Shown here in pieces: positions 38,221 to 51,300 of a stretch of 64,000 nt of DNA. The position numbers were made by a program, and so were the translations under genes. Under the pieces are notes generated by a model. The model was not told the origin of the DNA, made no database searches, and saw only the letters and a program-made list of their open reading frames with translations. The stretch is taken from NCBI RefSeq assembly GCF_006345805.1, contig NC_043003.1:48050001-48114000 (forward strand), given 5' to 3'. This DNA is from Octopus sinensis (taxonomy: Eukaryota). Each line of letters starts with the position of its first letter. Position 1 is the stretch's first letter.

Positions 38221-40261
38221 CAAAATTGAGTTCTGGAAATGTTGTTACAGTGATTCCATGCCTCATGCATTATAACTTTTTTCCCTCCTCAGCAACTGTA
38301 TCATTTTTACTACTCCAACTGCTTGCCCTCCTCTTCTGCATCTCTCCATATCTTCCCCAGTTCATGGTTCTTATGTCATCCACCCTTAAAGTCTACCCAT
38401 TTTCCATTTTGGGAGTCTGCCTTCTCACCTCCACCCTTCACCTCATATAATCTTGCAAACTACCCTCTCACCCACTTCTACACAGTCTGTGGCATGTGGG
38501 ACCACCTGGGTGCCTCAACACCAGCATCTATTTCTTGCAACTCCTACTGAGCATTTTCTCTTTCCTCCTTTTTCTGTTGTAGATGTGAGTAGCCATGCAG
38601 ATATCCCTTTACAGGAAACTGCTCTCCACCACCACCACCACCACCACCACCAGTAATTCCCTCATCCCCTAGGATAAAACTGATCCTCCCCGTTCCCACT
38701 AAGGTTCACAGTCCTGCAAACTGCATGGCAACCTCAATAGTACAGGTGGCACAAAAAAAAAAGCACCCAGTCCAGCTGCAAAAAGTAACATCAAAGCAGA
38801 CATTGGAGCTCAATGCAGTCCTTGAACACATCAGATATGGTTCAACTCTCCAATTCATGCCAGCATGGAACATGGACATCAAATGTGGATGATCACAATG
38901 ACAACAATTTCCTTCAATTTCCGTTTATCAAATTCATTCACAAGGCTTTGGTCAGCCTGAGGATGTAGTAGAAGACACTTGCCCAAGACGTCACACAGTA
39001 GGAACTGGACCTTAGAATACATGGCTGGAAAGCAAGCTCCTTAACCACACAACCATGCCTGTCCCTAGTCAAGCATATAGAACAAAAATGCTCATACGGA
39101 TAGGATACTGTTCTTTCACAGATAACCATGCCCACAGACTCTATTAAACTTAAAATTTAAAGCCATGCATTTTCTGGCATCTGTTTTATTTTATTGAAAC
39201 TACGAATATTCACAAATAAACACATTGGCTATGAAGTTAAGGTTCTGGGTCATTAATCATGATACTAAGTTAAGATCTTTATGTCATCTATTTCATAAGG
39301 GTTTAAGGCAAATCCCATAACTTTAGTCGCTCCCATTTACTCAGTTTTTATTATGCCTTTGATTATGTTAGCTGCAATAAGAAGAAATTTGTTTCAACAA
39401 TGCAACAAGTCGTTTTAATATAGTAGTTTAGTTGGGGGAAATGAATGAAAACCATGAAAATGGTTGGTGCACCAGGTCTATTTCTATGTTTTTACTTTTT
39501 CATCTTTTATCTTTGAGTGGCTATGCTGGGGCACTGGCTTGAAAAATTTTAGTAGAATAAATTGACCCCAGGACTTATTTTTTTAAGCCTGGTAATTTAG
39601 TCTGTCAGTCTCTTTTGTTGAGCTGCTAAGTTACAGGGATGTACCCCAGCACTGGTTGTCAAGTGGAGGAGGTAGGGTCCAAAAACAGACACAAATACAC
39701 AAACATATGTATGTATGTATGTATGTATGCATGTGTGTGTGCATGTATGTATGTATGTATGTATGTGTGTATGTATGTATGTATGTATTACAATAAAAAA
39801 TGTAGATGCATGCATGCTAATATTCTTAAGTTATTACACCTGGAAGAGTACAGAACAAGATTTCTCCAGTAGAATTTGCCTAATTTGTCACCTCTAAAGG
39901 AAACTAAAAAGTACTTACAATTAAAATGTTACTGTACATTTTTTTTCTTACAGCCAAGAATAACATTTTAAAAATTTACTATATTTTATTAAAAAAAAAA
40001 TTGGTTTTTCCAAAAATAAGCCCATCCAATGTGTAGCCCCAGTAATTTTTATTATTTTCAGAAAAAAAAAAAACTATTTAAGCAAAATTATTTAAGTCTG
40101 TATTTAAGCCCATGGGCTTATTTTTGGAAAAAGTAGTATTTTGAAAATGAAATAAAATAAAATTAATTTGAAAAAAGTACAGTTGAATTTGCCTAATTAT
40201 AACTTTGATAGGTTTCGGCCAGTATTGGCCCAGGCCATGTGTAACTCAAAAGCATCATCTG

Positions 40262-41110
40262 GTGAAGTCTTTTAGTCATTATCATTGGAGATATATCCGA
40301 GTGTAGGAGGTTGGTCTGAGATTTTTTGAAGAAATTTGTCCAGTGAACATTTGAATTTTATGGGATCCATTTCTGTTTTGACATATTTTGGTATGGTATT
40401 AAAGAGAGCTAGACTGGTTGAGGTAAAGTAATTGTGACATAATGCTGCTATGTGTACCAGGTTCAATTTTTGTAGTGGGCGGATAGCACAAGGGCCAAGT
40501 CTTGGATGGATTTTAAAATTGATGCCAACATCATTTGTGCAATATTGATAGAATATTTTCCACATAACATAAATGCCACCTATCTCTGGAGTGCTTCTAC
40601 TTTCATAAGTTGCTTTATATGAGGGGACCATAGTGGGCAACAGTACTCAAGGTGGGGTTGGGCAAAAGTAGAGTAGAGAAGGATGATGGTGTACGCATCT
40701 CTAGACCGGAAAGTTCTCAGAATCTAGGAGCACATCTTACGGGCCAAGTCAACATTGCAGTTTACGTGGGAACTCCAGCTTAACTTGTTATCAACAATTA
40801 CTCCAAGATCTCTGGTGTTGTTGGATGACACTAGGGAGTTGCCTGAGGGAGAGCATATGGCAATTTCAGAGTTTCCTCTTTCCCAAAGTGGATCAAATCA
40901 AACTTCTCTTCATTTAAAAGCATCTTGCTTTTTACCGCCCATAGGACACTAGCAAACGGATCTAACTGGAGGCATGCTGGTCTCTCATGCCGTTTATGGC
41001 TTTCTGGAGTTTGGAGTCATCTGCGAGATTTTCAATGTAGAATGTTTGATAACATCTACTATGTCATTGGTGTAAATAATGATGTGGAGTGGCCCATGGA
41101 GAAAATTGAA
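40262..41110 (-). mobile_element. Degenerate CR1/Jockey-group LINE 3' part
   Basis: IIYTNDI..ADDSKL RT motif near 41000-41090; C-terminal HPRLG..LFNTIPKY..FKCSLDKFL..DQP (ORF 40272-40640). Confidence 0.75.
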
Positions 41111-41185
41111 AGTGACGAATTATTCAGTAACATTTTTCTGCAATAAGTATGTATGTATGTATATATATATATATATATATGTTTA

Positions 41186-42151
41186 GTATTGTCTCCCGAT
41201 TCATACAAACCCATTTGCTAGCTCACGATTACAGAACCTCTTTACTAGCTACGGTGTTATATTAGCTATCAATAATGATATTCCCTCTGATTTTTCTGAT
41301 TTTCAAACCTATTTATCTAATGTTTATTTATCGACAATGCCGTCCCCAGTCATTCCCTCACCCGCTTATTGTCACGTGTCCCTTGACCTCTCCTCTAAAT
41401 AACCGTATCTCTCTCTCGCTATGTCCCCCCTTCCCATAACCATCATCGCCATGGTCCTCTATGCCCCCCCCCCAAAACCATCATCGCCATACATAAAAGA
41501 GCCATCGCATTATCGTTAACCCCACTCGCTTCAAAATATCTAAAGAATACGCACAGATCATGAATGGCTAAAAGTTAAGTGAATCGTCAACCTCGCTACG
41601 ACTACCTTCTTCTTGCACTTATCCTTATTCTTTCTCTATTCTTCAATTTCCATCTCATTGTATTGTCACTCATTCTTTCAGTATTCCCTCATTACCCTGT
41701 CTAGCTCAAACATTTTTTTTTTTTTCGTTTAGACTTGTCTCCAGGTTCATAGCCACTCTGATTTTTCAATTTTTCAATTAGTATTGTCTCCCGATTCATA
41801 CAAACCCATTTGCTAGCTCACGATTAACAGAACCTCTTTACTCAGCTACGGTGTTATATTAGCTATAATATGATTCTATCTTCAATGATATTCCCTCTGA
41901 TTTTTCTGATTTTCAAACCTATTTATCTAATGTTTATTTATCGACAATGCCGTCCCCAGTCAAATTCCCTCACACCGCTTATTGTCACATGTTCCTTGAC
42001 CTCTCTCTCTAACTAACCGTATCTCTCTCTCGCTATGTCCCCCCTTCCCATAACCATCATCGCCATGGTCCTCTATGCCCCCCCCCCAAAACCATCATCG
42101 CCATACATAAAAGAGCCATCGCATTTATCGTTAACCCCACTCGCTTCAAAA
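41186..42151. repeat. ~600-bp tandem repeat, left part (unit 1 41186-41780; unit 2 begins 41781)
   Basis: gtattgtctcccgattcatacaaaccc recurs at 41186, 41781, 47686 and 48289; units differ mainly by small indels. Confidence 0.93.
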
Positions 42152-42343
42152 CTTCTCGATTCTAGTCTCGAGTTACTGTTCATTTGCGTTGTGAGAAATT
42201 GCTGCCTTCATTTAAGAGAGTTCGGATTTGTGCTACTATTGTTTGTGCTAACTGTTTTGAACAGTGCCCGTTGTAAAACGGTAATTTTCGCCCTACGGGG
42301 CAGAAATTTTGTATTACCTGCATTTTTTATTACCTTCGAGGTG

Positions 42344-43737
42344 ATGGATTTCGACTTGACGTCGAAGAAGGATTTTCCCGTGATGGGAAAAAGTGAAAAT
42401 ATGGAAAAGGAAGTACCCAAACAGTCATTCTCAGCCGCGGTGGGCGCGCCATGATGGATGTCGAGTTTAAAATTGAACAATTGTACGAATTCAGGAACCT
42501 AGTAAAAGTGGAAGGAGGCGAGATAAAGCATGTACCGCCGCAGGCAAAGGTACAAGAGATTAAGAGAATAGAATAGTTATTTACAAGGTATACAGCTTCA
42601 AAGAGAAGAAGATAATGGATGTAAAGAATGAAATGGTAGAAAAGTGCCTGTCCCCAGTGTGGGACAAAATCCGTCATGTCGTTAGAGGTGCACGCAGTGC
42701 TACAGTCGAGGCACATTTCGACACAGCCGAGGTAGCGAGAGAGGTGTCGTCGTTGACCCTAAAAAACGACGACATCATGCTGCTACCCTCGTACATGGGG
42801 AAGCGTACAGCGAAGTTACTGGTAGAGGACATACCCAGAGGGTACGACATCATGTGGGTAGCAGCGGCGGTCCTGCACAACATTGAACGAGAGATATCGA
42901 TACTGCAGATGAGAAGGAAAGAGGTGGTACGGTGGAAGGGTCAGACCCTGGAGCTCCTCGTGCAGGCGGAGAACAAAATCCTAGAAAACCTGCCCGATAG
43001 AATCTTCAATGAGGACGGTACGTCAATGAGAGTTTCGGTAGAGGGACGTAGACCCAGATGCTTCAAGTGTGGAGAGAAGGGTCACGTCCGATCAAATTGT
43101 ATAAAAAAGAAGAAACAGAAAAAGCGCCTCCTCAAAGTGTCCCCAACACTGAAGGGGAGGAAACAGGAAAAGACAACAAAAGACGAAGACAAGTACGAAA
43201 CAAAAACGGACCTACAGAACCAATGGACTACACACAAGTCACTCATAAAAGAAAAAAAGATAATACCCAGGACTCCCCTCCCCAACAAAGAAAAAAACAG
43301 CAACACAGCAGACACACACACCAAGCAAATCCCCCAACCCTACCCCCATGGCACTGTTTTCATTGGAAAACAGTTTGCCAAACCCCTCCCCATAAAACAA
43401 GACATAAAAGTGTTTACAGAAGAACGAGAGGATCATAGCTTTCGACGAGAAAAACGAAAGAGTGTATAAGTGTTGTAAATTTTCAAGATTTGTATTGTAT
43501 AGTAGAGCCACAGATGTGAAAGCAACCGCTCGCTTCGCGAAGGTAGGGGAGGACGAGTGGAAGGAGGAGGTTCTTCAGGAACATCTGAGGAACCGTCTAA
43601 TAAGAGACGTGACCAAAGAGGTAATGGAGGGCAAACTGATAATAACCCCGGCAACCACACACACCCACCCAGAGCCCAGTGGCAACGCCGGTCAAGAGCC
43701 CTGCAGCAGCGGAAGAAGGGGAAGCAGGCAGATTTAA
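42344..43737 (+). pseudogene. Tx1 ORF1 (Gag-like, CX2CX4HX4C knuckle CFKCGEKGHVRSNC), frameshifted
   Basis: Pieces: MDFDL..SFSAAVG (42344), ORF 42615-43469 and ORF 43462-43737. Start and end are inferred. Confidence 0.7.
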
Positions 43738-43793
43738 ACTGTCATGCTCCCTTTCCCAACCGTGAGTACATTTATTTTTCTCTCTAACCTACA

Positions 43794-46700
43794 ATGGCTA
43801 AGCTGGGTTGTATAAATGTACGTGGAATGGGGTCGAAACGGAAACAAATTTGTTTCCTGAACGACCTCACGACACATGGTGTAGATAGCCATTGCAATTG
43901 CAACCGAGTCCAAGATGAGCGAGACCCAAGCGTTCTCGCCTCTTCTAAATGGTTTCGAGAAATTTATTTCTCCTAGCCGAGGAAGAGGCAGAGGCGTGGC
44001 AGTCTTCATCAGGAAGAGCTTGGACTTGCAGGTAAGTACTGTCTTTCTGGACCCAGAAGGCAGGCTGGTTGTCCTGGATGTGACTCACGTAAGTAAACAG
44101 TCCTTCAGGTTGGTAGCTGTCTACGCCCCGAACGAGGGTAGACAGACGGGTTTTTTTCGGAACCTGGAGCCCTTTTTAGCGACGTCGAAAACAGTAATCC
44201 TAGTAGGGGACTTTAACACTGTCCTTGAAGCGCAGATCGACAATGTTGGCTCAACCAATAGGAAGGGGAACCCTAGCCTCAAGGGTCTACTAGAGAGCTT
44301 TGATCTAGTGGACCGTTACCGACTGGATGAGCCGAGCGTTCCACAGTGGACGTGGAGTAACAACGACGGCTCACACAGATCGTATCTAGATAGGATATTT
44401 ATCAAGAAAAGAGATAAGGATACGTTTAGTTGTCCACAATTTCATATTGTACCTACTACTCGGATCACAAATTTGTGACGTGTGGGATGCAATTAGACAA
44501 GTGTCATAGACAGGGACCCGGGTACTGGAAGCTGAACAAGGCTATTTTGAATTGTGAAGACTTCCGTGCCCGGATTAAGGTGTTAGTTCAGAGGGCATTG
44601 TGTGGCACCATCATTAACAATAGATGGTGGCACGCCCTCAAAAGAGCCATTCGTTCAGAGTCCGTTAGATTTAGCAATCAGCTAAGGATAGATAGGGCTA
44701 GTCTAGAGGGCGATTTAGTTAAGAATCTAGACGAGGCAATGGAAGCTGGCTCTGCATCCGGAGTGTTGGCGGCAAGGACGGTATTGTACCGTCACCTTAA
44801 CTCCAAACACGAAGGTTGCAGAGTCAGAGCTAAGCTATGCGCTGGGAAACGAGAAGGTATTAACGTGGCCGGATGGGCCCGTCGTGTGGAGAGTCAGAGA
44901 GGCAACAGAGCCTCAATCAAATCTTTGACTGACGAACAGGACAAAAGATCTATGGACAGGAGGAGATGCAAAAGTTTCTTCACCAGCATTTCGCCCGCGT
45001 GTTCGGGGGTGGTGGTTCGCTGGATCGGGGGAGAGCCTTAAAGGACTTCCTAGCCGGCGGACCGCGGCTCGCGGGGCGTGAGGTGGAGTGCTGTGAAGGA
45101 GCGATCACTCCCGCGGAGATAAAGGAGATACTGGCCGGATGCGCCGGGGAGAAGTCGCCGGGGTTGGATGGTCTGCCCTACGAGTTTTACCAAAGTATGC
45201 CGGACTTGTTCGGGGGAATACTGGCGGGCGTCTACACGAACTGGCAGCAGAATGGGAGAATTCCCAGTTCTGTAAGCCGGGGAGTGGTGACGCTAATCCA
45301 GAAAGACCCGAGCAAGGGGGATAACATCAGTAACTACAGGCCCATAACTCTACTTAATGTAGAGTTAAAGATTTTGGCCAAGGTGTTGGCAAAAAGGTTG
45401 ACGGTTGTCGTGGAGAAACTTGTAGGGAGAGCACAGACATGTGCAATTCCAGGCAGGTCGATCCAGGACAACCTTCACCTTATACGCTACACCTTAGATA
45501 GGGTGGGTAAATTAGCCGGCAAAGGCGGGGTAATGGTCCATTTAGACCAAAGTAAAGCCTTCGATAGGGTAGACCATGGGTACCTGGCGACGGTCCTCGA
45601 AGCGGCTGGGCTGGGCCCTGAATTTCGCGGGTGGATCTCCGCTATGTATAGCGGCATCAAGTCCACCGTCCAGATAAACGGTTACCTAACGGAACCGTTT
45701 TCGATCGAGTGTTCAGTGCGTCAGGGGTGCCCCTTGTCACCACTTTTGTACGTATTGGCTCTTGAGCCATTGCTGCGAAAGTTGGAGAGGCTGGGGAGTA
45801 ACTCGGATGAAATCGGAGGTGGGAGGACGGTTACTGCTTATGCGGATGACGTCACCTCATCGTGTCCAAAGAGGCCCAACTACCTTGTGTAGAGGAGGCT
45901 ATCAGAGGATACGAGGCGGTGGCAGGAGCAAAGGTTAACAAGGACAAATCGGTTGGCTTGCGCCTCGGCACCTGGAGGAGCAAGTCGATATTGTCCAGTG
46001 TCGTGGGACACTGGACGGATGGCCCTGTTAAGTTGCTGGGAGTTTGGTTTGGGCCAGACTCCCAAACGGAGAAGAACTGGAGTGAGGTGACAAGCAAGGT
46101 GGAAGCCATAGTACGGACCTGTCCGGAAGGTTTCTGTCCTTGAAAGGAAAGGCGGAGGTGGTGCAGATGTTCATTGCATCTGTAATCACCTACCGCCTGA
46201 CCGTTGTCCCTTGCCCCGATTCATGGCTTAACAAGTTGGAGCGAATCCTTTTCCGCTTTTTGTGGAAAGGAGGAAGGCCACTTGTGAGGCGCTCCGTTTG
46301 CTGCCAGGAACCGTTAAAGGGTGGGTTAGGAATGCCTTGGTTGATGATGCGCAGACATGCGTTGAGGCTAAGGCATCTCTGGCACCACCTGGAAGGTGAT
46401 AAGGTGTGGAGTCCGCTGGCAGGGGGTTTTTTCCCGAGACCGGCCTCCTTAGTGAATTTTAAACCCGGTTACATCAAAAAGATGGAAACTGACTCCATGG
46501 CAAAAGGAGTGCCGACAGGCACTCACGCTGATCCACAAGGCGGGCAAGGCCGGCTGCGGAAATACCACCTCGGTATTTTATAGAGGGCTGGTAGAGGCAA
46601 AAAACGACGACGTCCTAGGAGGGGCTCTGGGGTTTGATGAAGACCAGCTTGCCAACCTGTTTAAAAAAACGTTCAGGTCGGGGTATTTGGATAATTTCCA

Positions 46701-47187
46701 AAGATCCCTGGCCTGGCAGTGTTATAGGAATGCTTTACCTGTTCGCGAGAAGTTATCACGGCACGGAGTTTCAGTGCCACCGACGTGTCCAAGGTGCGAG
46801 TTGGACGATGAAACCGTCCAGCACGCTTTTGTTCACTGTCGGAAGTTGTCCGACTTGATAAGTTACGCAGAACACGTGTTATCGCATCTGGGACGAGTAC
46901 AGCTGTCGGCTGAGTCTATGATTAAGATGATACCGCCAACTGGACTCTCGAAGGAAGGTGAGGCATGTTTTCACTGCACGGTTGCAGTAGTAAAGGAATG
47001 CATGTGGAGAACGAGAATGGAAGGAGCCGCGATAGGATCCTTTGTCTCCGGCCCCAGCTTGCTCACTTACTTCAGATATCATCTGAAGAGCAAAATGGGG
47101 CTGGAAAAGAGGATCTTACCGCGGCGTGTGTATGAGAAAAGATGGAAGGAAGTGGAAAAAAAGGTGGGTGTCAGAAACCCAGCTTGA
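43794..47187 (+). pseudogene. Tx1 ORF2 (AP endonuclease + RT + zf-RVT), several frameshifts
   Basis: GCINVRG, GRGVA, VYAPN, VGDFN, SYLDRI, DHKFV, KSPGLDG, YRPITLLN, DQSKAFDRV, VRQGCPLSP, YADD, KYKAEV-like region GKAEV, CPRC..ETVQHAFVHC occur in order across ORFs 43794-47187. Confidence 0.9.
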
Positions 47188-47417
47188 CCATGGAAGAGAG
47201 AGAGGAAGTGGAAGCTGCAGGGCCTCATAAGTTGCCGGGGTGCAGAAGCTCCAGTTATGTACTGTGGTTTGTTCTACTAGGTATGTAAGGACATTTATTT
47301 TTATTTTTTATAATCCAAATGTAAATGAAAATTTTTAAAACGAATCTCTTAACTGTTTTGCATGTATGTCCTGTATTTGTCCTTCTATGTGTGATTATAT
47401 AATCATAATAAGAAATA

Positions 47418-48360
47418 CCCACTCGCTTCACAAAATATCTAAAGAATACGCACAGATCATGAATGGCTAAAAGTTAAGTGAATCGTCCAACCTCGCTACG
47501 ACTACCTTCTTTCTTGCACTTATCCTTATTCTTTCTCTATTCTTCAATTCCATCTCATTGTATTGTCACTCATTCTTTCAGTATTCCCTCATTACCCTGT
47601 CTAGCTCAAACATTTTTTTTTTTTTTTTTTCGTTGACTTTCTCCAGGTTCATAGCCACTCTGATTTTTCAATTTTTTTTCAATTAGTATTGTCTCCCGAT
47701 TCATACAAACCCATTTGCTAGCTCACGATTAACAGAACCTCTTTACTCAGCTACGGTGTTATATAGCTATCAATAATGATATTCCCTCTGATTTTTCTGA
47801 TTTTCAAACCTATTTATCTAATGTTTATTTATCGACAATGCCGTCCCCAGTCAAATTCCCTCACACCGCTTATTGTCACGTGTCCCTTGACCTCTCTCTC
47901 TAACAACCGTATCTCTCTCTCGCTATGTCCCCCCTTCCCATAACCATCATCGCCATGGTCCTCTATGCCCCCCCCTCCCAAAACCATCATCGCCATACAT
48001 AAAAGAGCCATCGCATTTATCGTTAACCCCACTCGCTTCAAAATATCTAAAGAATACGCACAGATCATGAATGGCTAAAAGTTAAGTGAATCGTCCAACC
48101 TCGCTACGACTACCTTCTTTCTTGCACTTATCCTTATTCTTTCTCTATTCTTCAATTTCCATCTCATTGTATTGTCACTCATTCTTTCAGTATTCCCTCA
48201 TTACCCTGTCTAGCTCAAACATTTTTTTTTTTTCGTTTAGACTTGTCTCCAGGTTCATAGCCACTCTGATTTTTCAATTTTTCAATTAGTATTGTCTCCC
48301 GATTCATACAAACCCATTTGCTAGCTCACGATTAACAGAACCTCTTTACTCAGCTACGGT
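47418..48360. repeat. ~600-bp tandem repeat, right part (rest of unit 2, unit 3 47686-48288, 72 bp of unit 4)
   Basis: Continues the unit interrupted by the Tx1 element. Confidence 0.93.
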
Positions 48361-51300
48361 GCACCCGCCCTCCCACCCCCCCACCACGCATGCCGGAAGT
48401 TCCTATTCTCTTCCATTCCGGGGTTGCTTCCCATGAAGACTGCAAATGCTCTCACCATCCATACCCCTCCCTACCCCTAGTCTCGACCTATGTAAGGTAA
48501 TGTTCATACAGTGCAAAATATGAAAGGCTAGCGTTATGCAGGTTGTACTGAAGGCTACTTTACTACTTCATTTCTTGCACATGAATTCTGCCAAATGCGA
48601 GCTTTCTTTTCAGGTACACGAAGCTACTGTCCACCGTCCCAGGGTCTCTAGAGCCCATGCCTTCCACACCCTCAGGGTTGGCACCCTCAACGTTGGCACT
48701 CTGAAAGGTAGGTCTGGTGAGATAGTCGAGATGCTTGAACGGAGATGTGTGGATATATGTTGCATGCAAGAAATAAGGTGGAGAGGAGGATCAGCTAGGT
48801 TCCTCACAGGCAAGGAACGCAGGTACAAGATTTTCTGGGCAGGGAACACTGACGGGGTTGGTGGCGTGGGTATACTTATCGCTGAGAAATGGGTAGATAA
48901 AGTAATTGAGGTAATCAGAGTAAGTGACAGAATACTTAAGATTAGATTAGTGCTTCATCATAGTTTAGCAACCATTATATCAGCCTATGCTCCTCAGTCG
49001 GGGCTACCCGATGGACAGAAAGACCGATTCTATGACACTCTACTGCAGACTACCTCATTGACGAACGACAGAGACCTTATCTTTGTGGCTGGTGACTTCA
49101 ATGGTCACGTTGGACGACATGCTGGGGGCTTCCATGGCGTACATGGAGGCTATGGCTATGGCTCCCGCAACGAGGAGGGAACCAGGCTGCTGGAGTTCTG
49201 CGATGCAAATAATCTTATGATTTGCAACACTAACTTCAGGAAACCTACCAGCCACCTAGTCACTTACCAATCGGGCCAACATACCAGCCAAATTGACTAC
49301 ATCCTTACAAGGCAAAGGGAGAGATGGCTGCTTATAAATGCCAAAACCTTCCCAGGTGAAGAATGTACCCCACAACATAGACTGGTAGTTAGTGACTTTA
49401 GGATCAGGACTAGGAGGACAACCAGAAGACGACAAATATGGAGAAGAAGGATCTGGAAGCTTAAAGATCCTGCAAATGGACAGAGATTTAGGGACATATT
49501 ACTTGAAGCCTCTGACGAAGTAGAAGGGGATAGAGCATCACAGGGGGTAGAAGACAGCTGGACGTTTCTAAGGGACAACCTGCTGAGAGCCACTGACCAG
49601 ATCTGTGGCTGGTGCAAAGTCCCCTCTCGACCTAGAATAACGTGGTGGTGGAACAATATTGTAGACAGGGCTATTAGAGAAAAGAGACAGGCTTGGAAGG
49701 TCTGGAAAAATGGGGGTAGCAGGGAATTGTATCAGACTGCCAAAAGAGAAGCTAGGAGACAGGTTTATTTAGCCAGAGGGGAAGCAGATAAGAAAAAATT
49801 TGCCAATGTTCTGCGCCGTGAGGACCAAAGACTGGAGGTGTTTCGTGTTGCAAGACAGTGTTTGAGAGAGAATCGTGATGTGGTAGGAGAGAAGTGTGTT
49901 CGCATGGAAGATGGTTCACTTGCGCTAAATGAGGATGCAAGAGAGAGGTTTGGAGATGCCACTATGAAAGGTTGCTGAATGAAGAAAATGAATGGGATAA
50001 AGAGAGTCTGCCGAATGTTGACCCAACAGAGGGACCAGCTATCCGAGTTGATAGTTCTGTGGTAGCTAAGGCAATTAGAAGCATGAAGACAGGGAAAGCC
50101 CCAGGCCCATCAGGAATCACTGCAGAGATGCTCAAAATGTCTGGTAGTGTCGGCTATAGCCTAGTCACCCATATAGTTAATCAGGTGATACACAAAGGGG
50201 TCATACCCAATGACTGGTGTAGCAGTATAATAGTCAACTGCTACAAAGGTAAAGGTGATGCCCTAGATACAAATAACTACAGAGGTATCAAGCTGTTGGA
50301 CCAGGTGATGAAGGTTACGGAGAGGGTCATAGCCCAACTAATTAGAGAGAGAGTTAGTTTAGATGAGATGCAGTTTGGGTTTGTGCCAGGGAAAAGTACT
50401 ACTGATGCTATATTCCTGGTAAGGCAGCTGCAGGAGAAATACCTAGCCAAAGATAAGCCCCTGTACCTGGCTTTTGTTGACATGGAGAAAGCCTTCGACA
50501 GGGTCCCCCGATCCCTTATCTGGTGGGCAATGAGAAAACTAGGGATAGATGAATGGTTAGTGAGAGCTGTGCGGGCCATGTATAGGGACGCCGCTAGTAG
50601 GGTGAGGGTTGGAAATGAGTACAGTGAAGAATTCCGGGTAGAGGTAGGGGTCCACCAAGGCTCAGTACTCAGCCCCCTCCTATTTATCATAGTCCTCCAG
50701 GCAATAACGGAGGAATTCAAGACAGGATGCCCTTGGGAGCTCCTCTATGCTGATGACCTTGCTCTAATTGCTGAGTCGCTATCAGAACTGGAGGAGAAGT
50801 TTCAGGTGTGGAAACAAGGATTAGAATCGAAGGGCCTCAGAGTCAATCTAGCTAAAACCAAAGTCGTAATCAGTAGGAAGGTAGACAAATCACAAACACC
50901 TTCAGGTAGATGGCCCTGCTCGATCTGTAGAAAAGGTGTAGGTAGAAACTCTATAAGATGCACCAAGTGTAAGCTATGGACACATAAGAGATGCAGCAAT
51001 GTCAAAGGAAGGCTAACTAGGAAGATGGTTTTTGTATGTGGCAGATGCTCAGGAACAATAAACACTGAAAATGCTCTGAGACCAACTTCCGTCACTTTCC
51101 AGGGAGAAAAACTAGAAATAGTTGATAGTTTCCGTTACCTAGGTGACCAAGTCAGCAGCGGGGGCGGGTGTGCTGAAAGTGTAACTGCTAGAGTAAGAAT
51201 AGCTTGGGCAAAGTTCAGAGAGCTCTTACCTCTGCTGGTGACAAAAGGCCTCTCGCACAGAGTGAAAGGCAGACTGTATGATGCGTGTGTACGAACAGCC

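Larger units (their letters stand above)
35120..39700 (+). repeat. Inverted segmental duplication, copy A
   Basis: 35120-35610, 36690-37470 and 39200-39700 align in reverse to 61650-60720, 60720-59180 and 58620-58080 at roughly 75-88% identity by eye. Confidence 0.88.
42152..47417 (+). mobile_element. Full-length Tx1/L1-group non-LTR retrotransposon (5266 bp)
   Basis: TSD cccactcgcttcaaaa at 42136-42151 and 47418-47435 (right copy has 2 extra nt); ORF1 with a CCHC knuckle; ORF2 with APE, RT and a C-terminal zinc finger. Confidence 0.92.

Noticed and set aside
41186-41780. Hammerhead ribozyme / retrozyme explanation for the 600-bp repeat, and for ctgacga at ~6440 (minus strand)
   Set aside because: No CUGANGA-stem II-GAAA arrangement with closing stems was found on either strand.
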